Shown: in pieces, positions 7,121-17,539 of the stretch | How the letters are laid out: the number at the start of each line of letters is the position of its first letter | Numbering within the stretch: the first letter of the stretch is position 1 | Assembly (NCBI GenBank): GCA_965223855.1 | Contig: CBDCXM010000001.1 | Coordinates: 1-17,539 of the forward strand | Direction of reading: 5' to 3' | DNA length: 17,539 nt | From: Candidatus Multivoradales bacterium | GTDB taxonomy: Bacteria > Acidobacteriota > Thermoanaerobaculia > Multivoradales > JAHEKO01 | The notes under the pieces: generated by a model | Told to the model about the DNA's origin: nothing | Databases searched by the model: none | What the model saw: the letters and a program-made list of their open reading frames with translations, nothing else | Made by a program: the position numbers and the translations under genes

Positions 7121-8451
7121 CCGCCGGAAGCGCCACCCTGCCGCTCTCGCGGCGGAAGCGAGCAGCCATCAGCACTCCGGCGATGGTGAGGCCTCCGATG
7201 ATGCCGATCCACAGCCCGCGCGGCCCCATGCCGCGGCCGAAGGCGAGCCAGTAGCCGACCGGCATGCCGACGAGCCAGTAGGCGATCACCGTGATGGCGA
7301 GCGGTCCGCGGGTATCCTTGATGCCGCGCAGCGCTCCGTTGGCGGCCGCCTGCAGGCCGTCCGGCAGCTGGAAGATCGCGGCGAGCAGCAGCAGTTGCGC
7401 CGCCATCGCGATCAGCTCCTCGTCGTTCGAGTAGATGCGGGCGATCCACTCCGGGAAGAGCAGCAGGACGAGCGCGGCCATCACCTGCACCCCTACGGCG
7501 AGCTGCATGCCGACCCAGCCGGCGCGTGCCACTCCCGCGCGATCTCCCCGGCCGAGAGCGTTGCCGACCCGCACGGTGGTCGCCATGGTGATGCCCAGCG
7601 GCACCATGAACGACAGCGAGGCGACGTTGATCGCCACCTGGTGTCCCGCCACTGCGATGGTGCCGATCGATCCCATCAGCAACGCCACGCCGGCGAACAT
7701 GCTGACCTCGATGAACAGCGTGAAGCCGATCGGCAGACCGAGGACGAGCAGCTCACGGATCCTCCGCCACCGAGGGCCGTCGAGGCGGTCGAACACGCCG
7801 AGCGGCGCCAGTCTGCGGTGGCGCCCGATGTAGACGACGATGCCGGCCAGCGAGACCCACCAGACCAGCGACGTCGCGACGCCGCAGCCGACGGCACCGA
7901 GCGCCGGCAGGCCCCAGCGGCCGTAGATCAGTCCGTAGTTGGCGACCACGTTGACGCCGAGGCCGAGGAAACCGAAGTACATGACCGGCCTCGAGATCCC
8001 CATCCCCTCGCACAGGAAGCGCAACGACAGGAAGCCGAACATCGCCGGCGCTCCCCACAGCAGAGCCGTCAGGTAGCCCATCACGGTGTCGTGAAGCGAC
8101 GGATCGATCTCGAGCGCCGTCAGCAGCCCGCGTGCCAGAGCGACGACCACCGCCGACAGCACCGTCAGCATCAGGACGACCCAGAGCGTCTGCCGCACCA
8201 CCGGGCCGATCCGATCGTGTCGCCCTTCCCCGTCGAGGCCGGCTACGGTCGGCGGCACCGCGAGCAGCACGCCGAGGCCGAACAGCGTCACCGAGTGCCA
8301 AACTGCCGCGCCGGCCGCGACCGCAGCGAGCGCCTCCGCCGACAGACGACCGGACATCACCGTATCGACGAACGTCATCATGACGCTCGTCAACTGCCCG
8401 AGGACGAGAGGCGCGGCGAGTCGAAGGGTCCGGGCAGCTTCGGCCCGCCAC
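7098..8451 (-). CDS. MATE family efflux transporter (NorM-like); start codon uncertain
   Basis: About 12 hydrophobic segments. Motifs FVDTVMSGRL, LGLPIG..LFIEVSMF, AGHQVA, TVRVG..LG, FQLPDGLQ...GALRGIKDT. The same frame upstream of the TTG at 8393 reads WRAEAARTLRLAAPLVLGQ (typical MATE TM1) with no in-frame start codon. Confidence 0.88.
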
Positions 8452-8458
8452 GGATGGG

Positions 8459-9436
8459 CTACAGCAGTTCCTCCACCGCCGAGCGCTCTTCACGCAGCTC
8501 CGCGTCGGTGGCGTCCATCCTGCCGCGGCTGAAGTCGCTGATGTCGAGCCCCTGGACGATCTCGTACTCACCGTCGCGGCAGGTGCAGGGGTAGGAGTAG
8601 ATGACCCCCTCGGCGATGCCGTAGCTGCCGTCGGAGGGCACCGCCATGCTCACCCAGTCACCCTCCGGGGTGCCGCGCATCCACGAGCTCACGTGGTCGA
8701 TCGCCGCCGACGCCGCCGACGCCGCCGAAGAGGCGCCTCGCGCCTCGATGATCGCCGCGCCGCGCTTCTGGACCGTCGGGATGAAGGTCTCCTCGACCCA
8801 CGGCTGATCGACCAGAGCTGTGGCGGGCTGGCCGTCGACCTTCGCATGGCTCATGTCCGGATACTGGGTCGAGGAGTGATTGCCCCAGATCGTCATCTGC
8901 CGGACCTCGCGCGCGTGGCGCCCGGTCTTCTCGGCGAGCTGCGAGATCGCCCGATTGTGGTCGAGCCGGGTCATGGCACAGAACTGCCGGCGGTCGAGGT
9001 CGGGGGCGTTCGCGGCGGCGATGAGAGCGTTGGTGTTGGCCGGATTGCCAACCACCAGCACGCGCACGTCCTTCGACGCCCGGTCGTTGATCGCCTTTCC
9101 CTGCGGGCCGAAGATCCTGCCGTTGGCACCGAGAAGATCCGAGCGCTCCATGCCCGGTCCGCGAGGGCGAGCACCGACGAGAATGCAGACGTCGGCGTCG
9201 GCAAAACCCTCGTCGATGTCGGAGGTGGCGACGATGTCGTCGAGCAGGGGGAAGGCGCCGTCGTTGAGCTCCATCACCGTTCCACGCAGGGCGTCCATCG
9301 CCGGCGGGATCTCGATCAGGTTGAGCGCCACGGGCTGCTCGGTGCCGAGCATGTCGCCGGCGGCAATGCGGAAGCAGAGTTGGTAGCCGATGTTTCCGGC
9401 TGCGCCGGTGATGGCGACTCGAACGGGCTGACTCAT
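8459..9436 (-). CDS. mdh: Malate dehydrogenase (type 2, Thermus/cytosolic-like)
   Basis: Start ATG 9436 with [21 protein letters not shown] Rossmann motif, [11 protein letters not shown] substrate loop, [24 protein letters not shown] and [10 protein letters not shown]. Confidence 0.97.
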   Translation of the reverse strand: MSQPVRVAITGAAGNIGYQLCFRIAAGDMLGTEQPVALNLIEIPPAMDALRGTVMELNDGAFPLLDDIVATSDIDEGFADADVCILVGARPRGPGMERSDLLGANGRIFGPQGKAINDRASKDVRVLVVGNPANTNALIAAANAPDLDRRQFCAMTRLDHNRAISQLAEKTGRHAREVRQMTIWGNHSSTQYPDMSHAKVDGQPATALVDQPWVEETFIPTVQKRGAAIIEARGASSAASAASAAIDHVSSWMRGTPEGDWVSMAVPSDGSYGIAEGVIYSYPCTCRDGEYEIVQGLDISDFSRGRMDATDAELREERSAVEELL

Positions 9437-9488
9437 TGAAGTTCCTCCAGGGCGGATCGGTCCGTCGGGCAAGGGCGGGACACGGGCA

Positions 9489-9517
9489 GTTATAGCGGGA
9501 TTCCGCCTCGCCCTCAA
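9489..9517 (-). promoter_or_regulatory. Sigma70-type promoter of mdh (probably mdh-MATE)
   Basis: On the - strand, -35 TTGAGG (9517-9512), a 17-nt spacer and -10 TATAAC (9494-9489), about 50 nt upstream of the mdh ATG. A near-consensus match is unlikely by chance in GC-rich DNA. Confidence 0.75.
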
Positions 9518-9562
9518 CCGCGGCCCCGTACAGCGACCGCTGCCGCGATCGATCCGGCCGGC

Positions 9563-10366
9563 TCAGAGCTGCCGAAGATAGCGCTCGGGGTCGTTGAGGA
9601 AGCTCCTCGTCAGGGTGACGTGCTCGAGCTCGTCCCAGGGGACCGTCTCGAGGCAGTCGCCGTCACAGCTCCAGATCTCCGCACCAGGGCAGGCGAGCAG
9701 GATCGGCGAGTGCGTGGCGACGACGAACTGACTCCCCTCGTCGATCGCGTCCAGCAGCATGCCGAGAAGCGCCAGCTGCCGGAGCGGCGAGAGCGGCACC
9801 TCCGGCTCGTCGAGCAGGTAGAGCCCCTGCGGCACGAGCCGGCGGCCGAAGAGCTTCAGGAAGCTCTCGCCGTGCGACTGGGCGTCGAGCCCGTCGCCGT
9901 AGAGCGAGCGGATCTCGGCGAGGGAGCGGGCGTGCGGCCCGCGAGCGAGCTGCCTCGCGTAGTCGGAGCGATTCTCGTACTCGACCTCGATCGCCGCCAT
10001 CTCCCGCTGCGACTCCGCCGCCAGCTCGGCAATCCGCCGGGCGTAGCCGAAGAAGTCCTCGGCGCGAAGGAAGAAGCCCCTCGCACTCCTCCGGTTCCAG
10101 GTCAGCCGCAGGCAGGCCGCGAGTTCCCGAGCAGCCGTCAGGGTCTCGTCGACCTCGAGAGGGTCGCTGCCGACTGCGACCCGCTCGGAGGCCACCGCGA
10201 GCGCCTCCAGAAGAGTCGACTTTCCCGAGCCGTTCTCTCCGACGAGGAAGGTCACCGGAGAGCTGAACTCGAGGCGCTCGAGAGTCGAGACGATCGGCAC
10301 CGAGAACGGGAAGGCCGTGCGATCCACCCCGCCGAGATCGGCCTCGGCGCTCCGCAGCGGAATCAC
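9563..10366 (-). CDS. Orphan ABC/AAA-type ATPase (COG3910-like predicted ATPase)
   Basis: Start reassigned to GTG 10366 (GTGA overlap with the upstream stop). Walker A GENGSGKST, FFLRAE, variant signature SHGES, Walker B LYLLDEPE and H-loop ATHSP. No TM segments. Confidence 0.88.
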   Translation of the reverse strand: MIPLRSAEADLGGVDRTAFPFSVPIVSTLERLEFSSPVTFLVGENGSGKSTLLEALAVASERVAVGSDPLEVDETLTAARELAACLRLTWNRRSARGFFLRAEDFFGYARRIAELAAESQREMAAIEVEYENRSDYARQLARGPHARSLAEIRSLYGDGLDAQSHGESFLKLFGRRLVPQGLYLLDEPEVPLSPLRQLALLGMLLDAIDEGSQFVVATHSPILLACPGAEIWSCDGDCLETVPWDELEHVTLTRSFLNDPERYLRQL

Positions 10367-13300
10367 TCTTCCGGTGCCGGAGCGATCGCCCTCACCCCCT
10401 CCGCCGCGGCCGCCTCGTTGAAGGCGACGATCGCTTCGTCCCGCAGCCGCAGCCACTCGAGACGGGCGTCGGCCATCTGCTCACCGAGACGCTGATGGAC
10501 CCCAAGCTGCGCCTCCGTCGGCGCCAGGTCCACCTGCTGTATGCCGCGCGCCAGGTAGCCGAGGCGGGCGTAGAGCAGCCGCGGCCAGCGCAGCGTGTCC
10601 TGCCGGGCGCCGCTCAGCCGCAGATCGAAGAAGCGCCCCTCGAGCGCCCTCAGGTCCTTCTCGAGTCCGGCGGCCCGAGACTCCAGCTCCTCGCTCCAGT
10701 GCGCATCCGGGATGCCCTTCCAGCGATCTCGCAGGTCGCCGAGCTGCTGCCTCGCCGACTCGATCGCGTTGATCATCGAGGCGGCCTCGTCGATCCACTC
10801 CCTCAACTCGCGGACGACCTCCTGCTGCTCGTCGAGACTCGCCTCGTCGCCGCTCGAGTGCGGATCCCTGGCGACCCTCAGACGGCTCGTCGACACCACC
10901 TCGCCGTCGATCCGCAGCTCGAGCTCGTAGTCTCCCGGGGGCGCCAGCACCCCGAAGCGACCGCCGTCGCTCAGAGGGCGCCAGCCGGTGTCGGGCAGCT
11001 GAACATGGCTCGCCTCGTCGGGCGGGGTGCGGAGCCTGACCTCGGTCGTGCGTTCCTCGTAGAGGTTCCACACCTGGCGATGCAGGCCGCCGCCGCCGTC
11101 GAGCCCGCTGAGCGTGCGCACCTCGCGCCCTTCGAGGTCGAGAATGCGGATCGCCACCTCACCTTCGATCCCGGTGGGCAACCAGTAGTGCAACGTCGCG
11201 CCCGGCGCCGGATTCTCGCCTGCCGCCTCGTTGTGGTACTCCTGCCACTCCGGCGCACGGCGGCGGAAGCGGAAGGCCGTGCGCGGATCGAAAAGGCGAG
11301 GCTCCCCCGCTTCGATCGCCCGATCCCACTCGCGCAGCGCCGACAGATCGTCGAGCACCCAGATCCCGCGTCCGTAGGTCGCCACCACCAGGTCGTCGAA
11401 CCGCTCCTGGATCTCCATCCAGTGAACGGGCGCCGGCGGCAGACCGGCTCCGAGCTCCCGCCAGCTTCGACCGTCGTCGAAAGAGACCCACAGGGCGTTC
11501 TCGGTCCCCAGATAGAGCATTCCGGGACGCTGCGGATCCTCCCTCACACAATGGGCGAAGGCGAAGACGTTCTGTGGAAGGTCGCCGCGCAGACTCGTCC
11601 AGGTGGCGCCGTAGTCGTCGGTGCGGAAGACCCAGGTTGAAGTGTCCCCTTCCTGGTGCCGATCGACGGTCAGGTAAGCACGGCCGGGCTGGTGGCGCGA
11701 CGGCTCGACGTTGGAGATCGTGCCGAGCGGCGGTACGTCGAGACCGGCGGTGACGTGGCTCCAGCTCTCGCCGTCGTCGCGACTGACATGTACCAGGCCG
11801 TCATTGGTGCCGGCCCAGATCACCCCCGGTTCGAGCGGCGACTCCGCGATCGAGAAGACCACCGGCGCGATCGTCGGCCCGGCATCGTCGAGGGTCAGAC
11901 CGCCGGTGCGGCGCATCAGCTCCGGATCGACGGTCGTCAGGTCGGGGCTCACGATTTCCCAGCTCTGGCCGTGATCGACCGAGCGATGCACATACTGACT
12001 GCCGTAGTAGACCGCCGGACCATGAGGAGAGACGGCCAGCGGCGCCGTCCACTGGATTCGATAGTCGAGGTCGGCCGCCGCCCAGCTCTCGATCGCCAGC
12101 GGCCAGACGCTCACCTGACGCGAGTGTCCATTGTCGAGGTCGTGCAGCTCGAGCAGACCGTCGTAACAACCCGACCAGACGAGGCTCGGATCGGCCGGAT
12201 CGGGGCGAGCGAAGCCGACTTCACAGCCGCCGATGGTGCGCCACGCGCCTACCGGGATCGGACCGAACGACAGGGTGTTCGACGGCCCCATCGCGCTCGG
12301 ACCGTCCTGGCGATTGCCGTAGACGTTGTAGGGGATCCTGTCGTCGGTCGCCACATGGTAGATCTGGGCGATCGGCAACTGCGGCCGGAACCAGCTCTCC
12401 CCGCGGTTGATCGTCAGGCTGACGCCTCCGTCGTGGCCTGTGATCCGCCGGTCGGCATCGAGCGGATCGATCCAGATGTCGTGGTGGTCGTAGCCAGAGT
12501 TCTGCTGCTCGATCGAATGCCCACCGTCGTGCGAGATCGACTGCTCGACCGCCATGAAGGTGACCTCGTCTGCATCGTCGGGCGCCGCCGCCATGCGGGT
12601 GTAGTAAAGAGGACGTTGCGTGAGAGTGTTGTCCGAGTTGACCAGTTGCCAACTCCTGCCTCCATTGTCGGAGCGCCACAACACCCCAGCCTCGTCGTCG
12701 ACCGGGGCAAAGTCGCTGTTGGAGCTCACCTCGATCAGCGCGTAGATCCTCTTCGAGTCGTCAGGCGACATCGCCAGCCCGATCTTGCCGAGCGGCGACG
12801 GCGGCAGCCCACGGCCTTCGAGGCGCTTCCAGTTGTCTCCGCCATCGCGCGACACCCAGATTCCACTGCCCGGACCGCCGCTCGTCCGCCCCGAAGTGCG
12901 CATCTCGAATTGCCACATCGCAGCGAAGACGACGCGTGGGTTGTTGGGGTCGATCACGACGTCGATCGCCCCGGTGTCCTCGTCGACGAAGAGCACCTGC
13001 TCCCAGTTCGAACCGCCGTCCTGAGTGCGGTAGAGACCGCGCTCACGCTGCGGCCCGTAGCTGTGCCCGAGGGCCGCGGCGAATACGATGTCGGGCTTCC
13101 TCGGATGGATCGCGATCCGCCCGATCCGGCCGCTTTCGACGAGACCGGCATGCTCCCAGGTCGAGCCGCCGTCGGTCGAGCGGTAGACACCGTCGCCGAT
13201 CGACACGTTCGAGCGAATGAAGCTCTCCCCGGTGCCCGCCCACACGACGTTGGGGTCCGACGGTGCCACCGCCAGAGCACCGATGGAGGACGCAGGCGTG

Positions 13301-13554
13301 TCGTCGAACACCGGTTCCCAGTGGACGCCACCGTCGAGCGTCCGGAAGATACCCCCAGAGGCCGCCCCGGCGAAGTACGTCCCCGGCACTCCGGGCACAC
13401 CGGCCACCGCCGACACCCGGTTGCCGATCGGCCCCAGGTGGCGAAAACGCAGTGCCGCGAACGGGTCCTCCTCTGCTTCGGGCGCGGCGTCCGCCGCCGG
13501 CACGGGAGGGAACACGACCAGGGTGAGGATCAGCACTACGGCGAATCGCGGCAT
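10363..13554 (-). CDS. Large secreted Asp-box/BNR-repeat beta-propeller protein (VPS10/sortilin-like, often annotated 'glycosyl hydrolase')
   Basis: Signal peptide, AAGGAG SD and N-terminal FRHLGP..NRV motif. About 11 Asp-box-like repeats (e.g. RTLDGGVHW, RSTDGGSTW, RTQDGGSNW, VSRDGGDNW, RSDNGGRSW, RSVDHGQSW, VSRDDGESW, RTDDYGATW, VSFDDGRSW). These are followed by an Ig/FlgD-like region and a helical C-terminus. Confidence 0.88.
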   Translation of the reverse strand: MPRFAVVLILTLVVFPPVPAADAAPEAEEDPFAALRFRHLGPIGNRVSAVAGVPGVPGTYFAGAASGGIFRTLDGGVHWEPVFDDTPASSIGALAVAPSDPNVVWAGTGESFIRSNVSIGDGVYRSTDGGSTWEHAGLVESGRIGRIAIHPRKPDIVFAAALGHSYGPQRERGLYRTQDGGSNWEQVLFVDEDTGAIDVVIDPNNPRVVFAAMWQFEMRTSGRTSGGPGSGIWVSRDGGDNWKRLEGRGLPPSPLGKIGLAMSPDDSKRIYALIEVSSNSDFAPVDDEAGVLWRSDNGGRSWQLVNSDNTLTQRPLYYTRMAAAPDDADEVTFMAVEQSISHDGGHSIEQQNSGYDHHDIWIDPLDADRRITGHDGGVSLTINRGESWFRPQLPIAQIYHVATDDRIPYNVYGNRQDGPSAMGPSNTLSFGPIPVGAWRTIGGCEVGFARPDPADPSLVWSGCYDGLLELHDLDNGHSRQVSVWPLAIESWAAADLDYRIQWTAPLAVSPHGPAVYYGSQYVHRSVDHGQSWEIVSPDLTTVDPELMRRTGGLTLDDAGPTIAPVVFSIAESPLEPGVIWAGTNDGLVHVSRDDGESWSHVTAGLDVPPLGTISNVEPSRHQPGRAYLTVDRHQEGDTSTWVFRTDDYGATWTSLRGDLPQNVFAFAHCVREDPQRPGMLYLGTENALWVSFDDGRSWRELGAGLPPAPVHWMEIQERFDDLVVATYGRGIWVLDDLSALREWDRAIEAGEPRLFDPRTAFRFRRRAPEWQEYHNEAAGENPAPGATLHYWLPTGIEGEVAIRILDLEGREVRTLSGLDGGGGLHRQVWNLYEERTTEVRLRTPPDEASHVQLPDTGWRPLSDGGRFGVLAPPGDYELELRIDGEVVSTSRLRVARDPHSSGDEASLDEQQEVVRELREWIDEAASMINAIESARQQLGDLRDRWKGIPDAHWSEELESRAAGLEKDLRALEGRFFDLRLSGARQDTLRWPRLLYARLGYLARGIQQVDLAPTEAQLGVHQRLGEQMADARLEWLRLRDEAIVAFNEAAAAEGVRAIAPAPEE

Positions 13555-13641
13555 GAGGAACTCCTTGGGTCTCCTAGCCTCTTCACCCTACTCGAAAGCG
13601 CCGCAGGAGCGCGGTGCTGGGGCGCGAGTGCAGGAAGACGG

Positions 13642-14052
13642 CTACCGGAAGGTCAGTGTGCCGGTATCGATGAGCTTGCCGCTCCGGCTGAGCTGGTAGT
13701 GCCTGCCGCTGAAGACGCCGTCCTCGAACGCTCCGGCGAAGCGGTACTTCTGCCCCCGGCCGCGATCGACCGTCCCCTCGATCGATCCTTCGAGATCGCC
13801 GACCGCTTCCCCCTTCCAGCTGTAGTTCTTTCGCGAGAAAAAGAAACGGAAGGTCACCTCCCAGCCCCCTTCGCCGTCGGGGACGAAGCTGACATCGAGG
13901 CGACCACGCTCCCCCTGGTTCCAGTCGTAGCTCCCGCTGAACGACAACGGGTCACCGTCGGCGATCGCCGGCGGCCCAGCCAGGAGGAAGAGGAAGCCTG
14001 CGGCCAGCAGGACAGACGAGAGGAGAGGTCGAAGCGGACTCGCGTCGTTCAT
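13642..14052 (-). CDS. Small secreted hypothetical protein (136 aa)
   Basis: Signal-like N-terminus (LLSSVLLAAGFLFLLAGPPAIA|D). The mature domain is Gly/aromatic-rich with beta-strand character. It fills the gap between pepT and the Asp-box gene on the same strand. Confidence 0.7.
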   Translation of the reverse strand: MNDASPLRPLLSSVLLAAGFLFLLAGPPAIADGDPLSFSGSYDWNQGERGRLDVSFVPDGEGGWEVTFRFFFSRKNYSWKGEAVGDLEGSIEGTVDRGRGQKYRFAGAFEDGVFSGRHYQLSRSGKLIDTGTLTFR

Positions 14053-14103
14053 GCCGGGTGATACGGCCGGACGACGCGAACGGTTGCTCTCCGTCGGTCG
14101 GCT

Positions 14104-15349
14104 TCAGTCGCCGCCGTGGCGACCCCAGTAACCGACGAGGCCCTTGACATAGTCGAGCGCCGCCTCGAGGTTCTGCACGGTGTTCCACTCGAAGCGGCTG
14201 TGGAAGTCATGCCCGCCGGTGAAGACGTTGGGCGTCGGCAGGCCCATCTCGGAGAGTCGGGAGCCGTCGGTTCCTCCCCGAACCAGCTCCTCTTCGAGGT
14301 CGATTCCCATCTCCTCCGCCGCGCGGAAGGCGAAGTCGATCACCCGGCGGTCGGTCCGCTCGATGTAGTCGCGCATGTTGCGGTAGTTGTCGCGAATCTC
14401 GACTTCGATCTTCGCTCGCGGGTGTTCGAGGCGCGCGACGGCAGCGAGCTGCTCCACGAAGGCCTTGCGGCGCTCCAGCCCGGCGGCGTCGAAATCGCGC
14501 AGCAGGATCCTCGCCTGCGCCCGCGTGACGTCTCCCTCGACCTCATGGGGGCAGAAGTACCCCTCCCGCTCCACCGTCGTTTCCGGCGCCTCACCCGCCG
14601 GCAGCCCCGCCAGCAGCCTCGAGACGATCGTCACCGCATTGGCCATCACGTCCTTGGCGTAGCCGGGATGAACCCCGACGCCGGCGACCGAGATTCGAGC
14701 TTCCGCCGCGTGGAACGTCTCGAACGAGAAGGTGCCGACGCCACCGCCGTCGATCGTGTAAGCGACCTTCGCGTCGAGACGCTCGAGGTCGAGAGCATCG
14801 ACGCCGCGCCCGACCTCCTCGTCGACGGTGAAGCAGATTCTCAACGGCGGTCGTGTCGCCTCCGGGTCCGCCAGCAGATCGGCGACCGTCTGCACGATGA
14901 TCGCCACCCCCGCCTTGTCGTCGCTGCCCAGGAGCGTCCTGCCGTCCGAGGTGATGACGTCGTGCCCCAGATGGTCGAGCAGCGCCGGGCTGCGCGCCGG
15001 ATCGAGCCGTCACACCGTCCTCGAGCGCGATCACGCCACCCTGATAGTCCTCATGGATCCGCGGCTCGACCGGGCCGCCGGGGGCGTCGGGCGAGGTATC
15101 GACGTGCGCCACGAGCGCCAACGGCGGCGCCGTCGAGTCCGCAGGCACCGGCTCGAGGGCGGCGTAGACATAGCCGTGCTCGTCCATCTCCGCTCCCCCG
15201 AGACCGAGCTCGCGCAGCTCCTCGGCGAGCAGCCGCGAGAGATCCTTCTGCTTTTCGGTCGACGGGGTCGAGGTGGACGTGTGATCCGCCTCGGTGTCGA
15301 TCCGGACGTAGCGCAGGAAGCGCTCGACGACGGCGGGCCGCGGCTCCAT
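14104..15349 (-). CDS. pepT: Peptidase T (M20B tripeptide aminopeptidase), interrupted by one +1 frameshift near 15007
   Basis: ATG 15349 gives MEPRPAVVERFLRYVRIDT...TPSTEKQ...AHVDTSPD...EDGVT. After removing one base the frame continues LDPARSPALLDHLGHDVITSDGRTLLGSDDKAG, then DEEVG, IDGG, HPGYAK, RGGTDG, FHSRFEW, joining ORF 14104..14907. Confidence 0.92.
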
Positions 15350-15354
15350 GCCGG

Positions 15355-15885
15355 TCAGGAGTGGTGGCGCCGGAACATCATCAGCGCCTCGTGGAACTGC
15401 TCGCGAGCCTTGGTGACGTGCTTGTGAGCCTCGTCGATGTAGCCGTCGGTCGAGGTCGACCACACACGGTTGAGCGCCCGCTCGCCGGCGGCGAATGGGT
15501 TCATCACGTCTGCGTAGGCTTGCAGTCCGAAGCGATGCGCCATGCTCTCGCGCGCCTGGACGAACGCGTCGAGATCGTCAGGAAAGTCGCGATCGATCAC
15601 GTGGCGCAGTTCGTAGACGTCGATCGACGCCTTGCCGTCGTCGAGCGCCTTGGCCTTTGCCACGACGCTCTCGAGACTCGAGGCGATCGCGCCGAGATTG
15701 GTGGCGATCTTCCCCTCGGCACGCGACTCGGCGTGCATCGCCCGGCGCGCCAGCACCACGCCGACTACGCCGACGAGGAAGGCGGCGAGATAGGCGGCCG
15801 TCGACACTCCCTCCGGTCGCTCCGTAGCGAAGTACGAGCCGGCGAGGAAACCGATCGTGATCAGGAGATAGCCGAGCTTCTTCAT
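15355..15885 (-). CDS. Uncharacterised membrane protein (two N-terminal TM helices plus soluble helical domain)
   Basis: Likely start ATG 15885 (GTG 15894 is an alternative). Hydrophobic segments LGYLLITIGFLAGSYF and AAYLAAFLVGVVGVVLA, then an amphipathic helical region. Tightly packed between OPT (10-nt gap) and pepT (5-nt gap). Confidence 0.8.
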   Translation of the reverse strand: MKKLGYLLITIGFLAGSYFATERPEGVSTAAYLAAFLVGVVGVVLARRAMHAESRAEGKIATNLGAIASSLESVVAKAKALDDGKASIDVYELRHVIDRDFPDDLDAFVQARESMAHRFGLQAYADVMNPFAAGERALNRVWSTSTDGYIDEAHKHVTKAREQFHEALMMFRRHHS

Positions 15886-15895
15886 CGCTTGCACG

Positions 15896-17539
<1,644 letters not shown>

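Noticed and set aside
8700-8730. Short tandem repeat CGCCGCCGA in mdh
   Set aside because: It simply encodes the conserved SAASAASAA segment of MDH.
9563-10366. ATPase as part of an anti-phage system (Gabija/Septu/PARIS-like)
   Set aside because: No adjacent nuclease, TOPRIM or helicase gene. The motifs fit the stand-alone COG3910-like family in a housekeeping context.
11656-14061. Long antisense/shadow ORFs (801 aa here; also 2754..4166, 5432..6814, 7395..8594, 10495..11640, 14116..16053)
   Set aside because: They lie opposite well-supported genes and have no motifs. Long stop-free antisense frames are expected in GC-rich, codon-biased DNA.

Overview
GC-rich bacterial chromosomal window made mostly of peptide-processing, envelope and housekeeping genes. 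Weak inference only: an Acidobacteriota/Thermoanaerobaculia-like organism. The left end carries the 3' tail of ribosomal protein S14 (rpsN), a strong intrinsic terminator, a structured intergenic region and a convergent secreted-protein gene ending in a 'PVMLQGFTVE' tail. A + strand block encodes a Tat-exported amidase, a secreted TPR protein, a TolB-like PD40 beta-propeller and a coupled PA-M28-PDZ peptidase. The long - strand run, in reading order from the right, is: OPT-family transporter (5'-truncated, four +1 frameshifts), uncharacterised membrane protein, pepT (one +1 frameshift), small secreted protein, large Asp-box/VPS10-like propeller protein, orphan ABC/AAA ATPase, mdh (with a clear sigma70 promoter) and a MATE exporter. 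I see no mobile element, CRISPR array, tRNA/rRNA or defence system. The best candidates for undescribed biology are the putative C-terminal sorting tag, the PD40 + M28-PDZ secreted module, the OPT-partner-pepT unit and the folded element after rpsN. The frameshifts are most likely sequencing errors.
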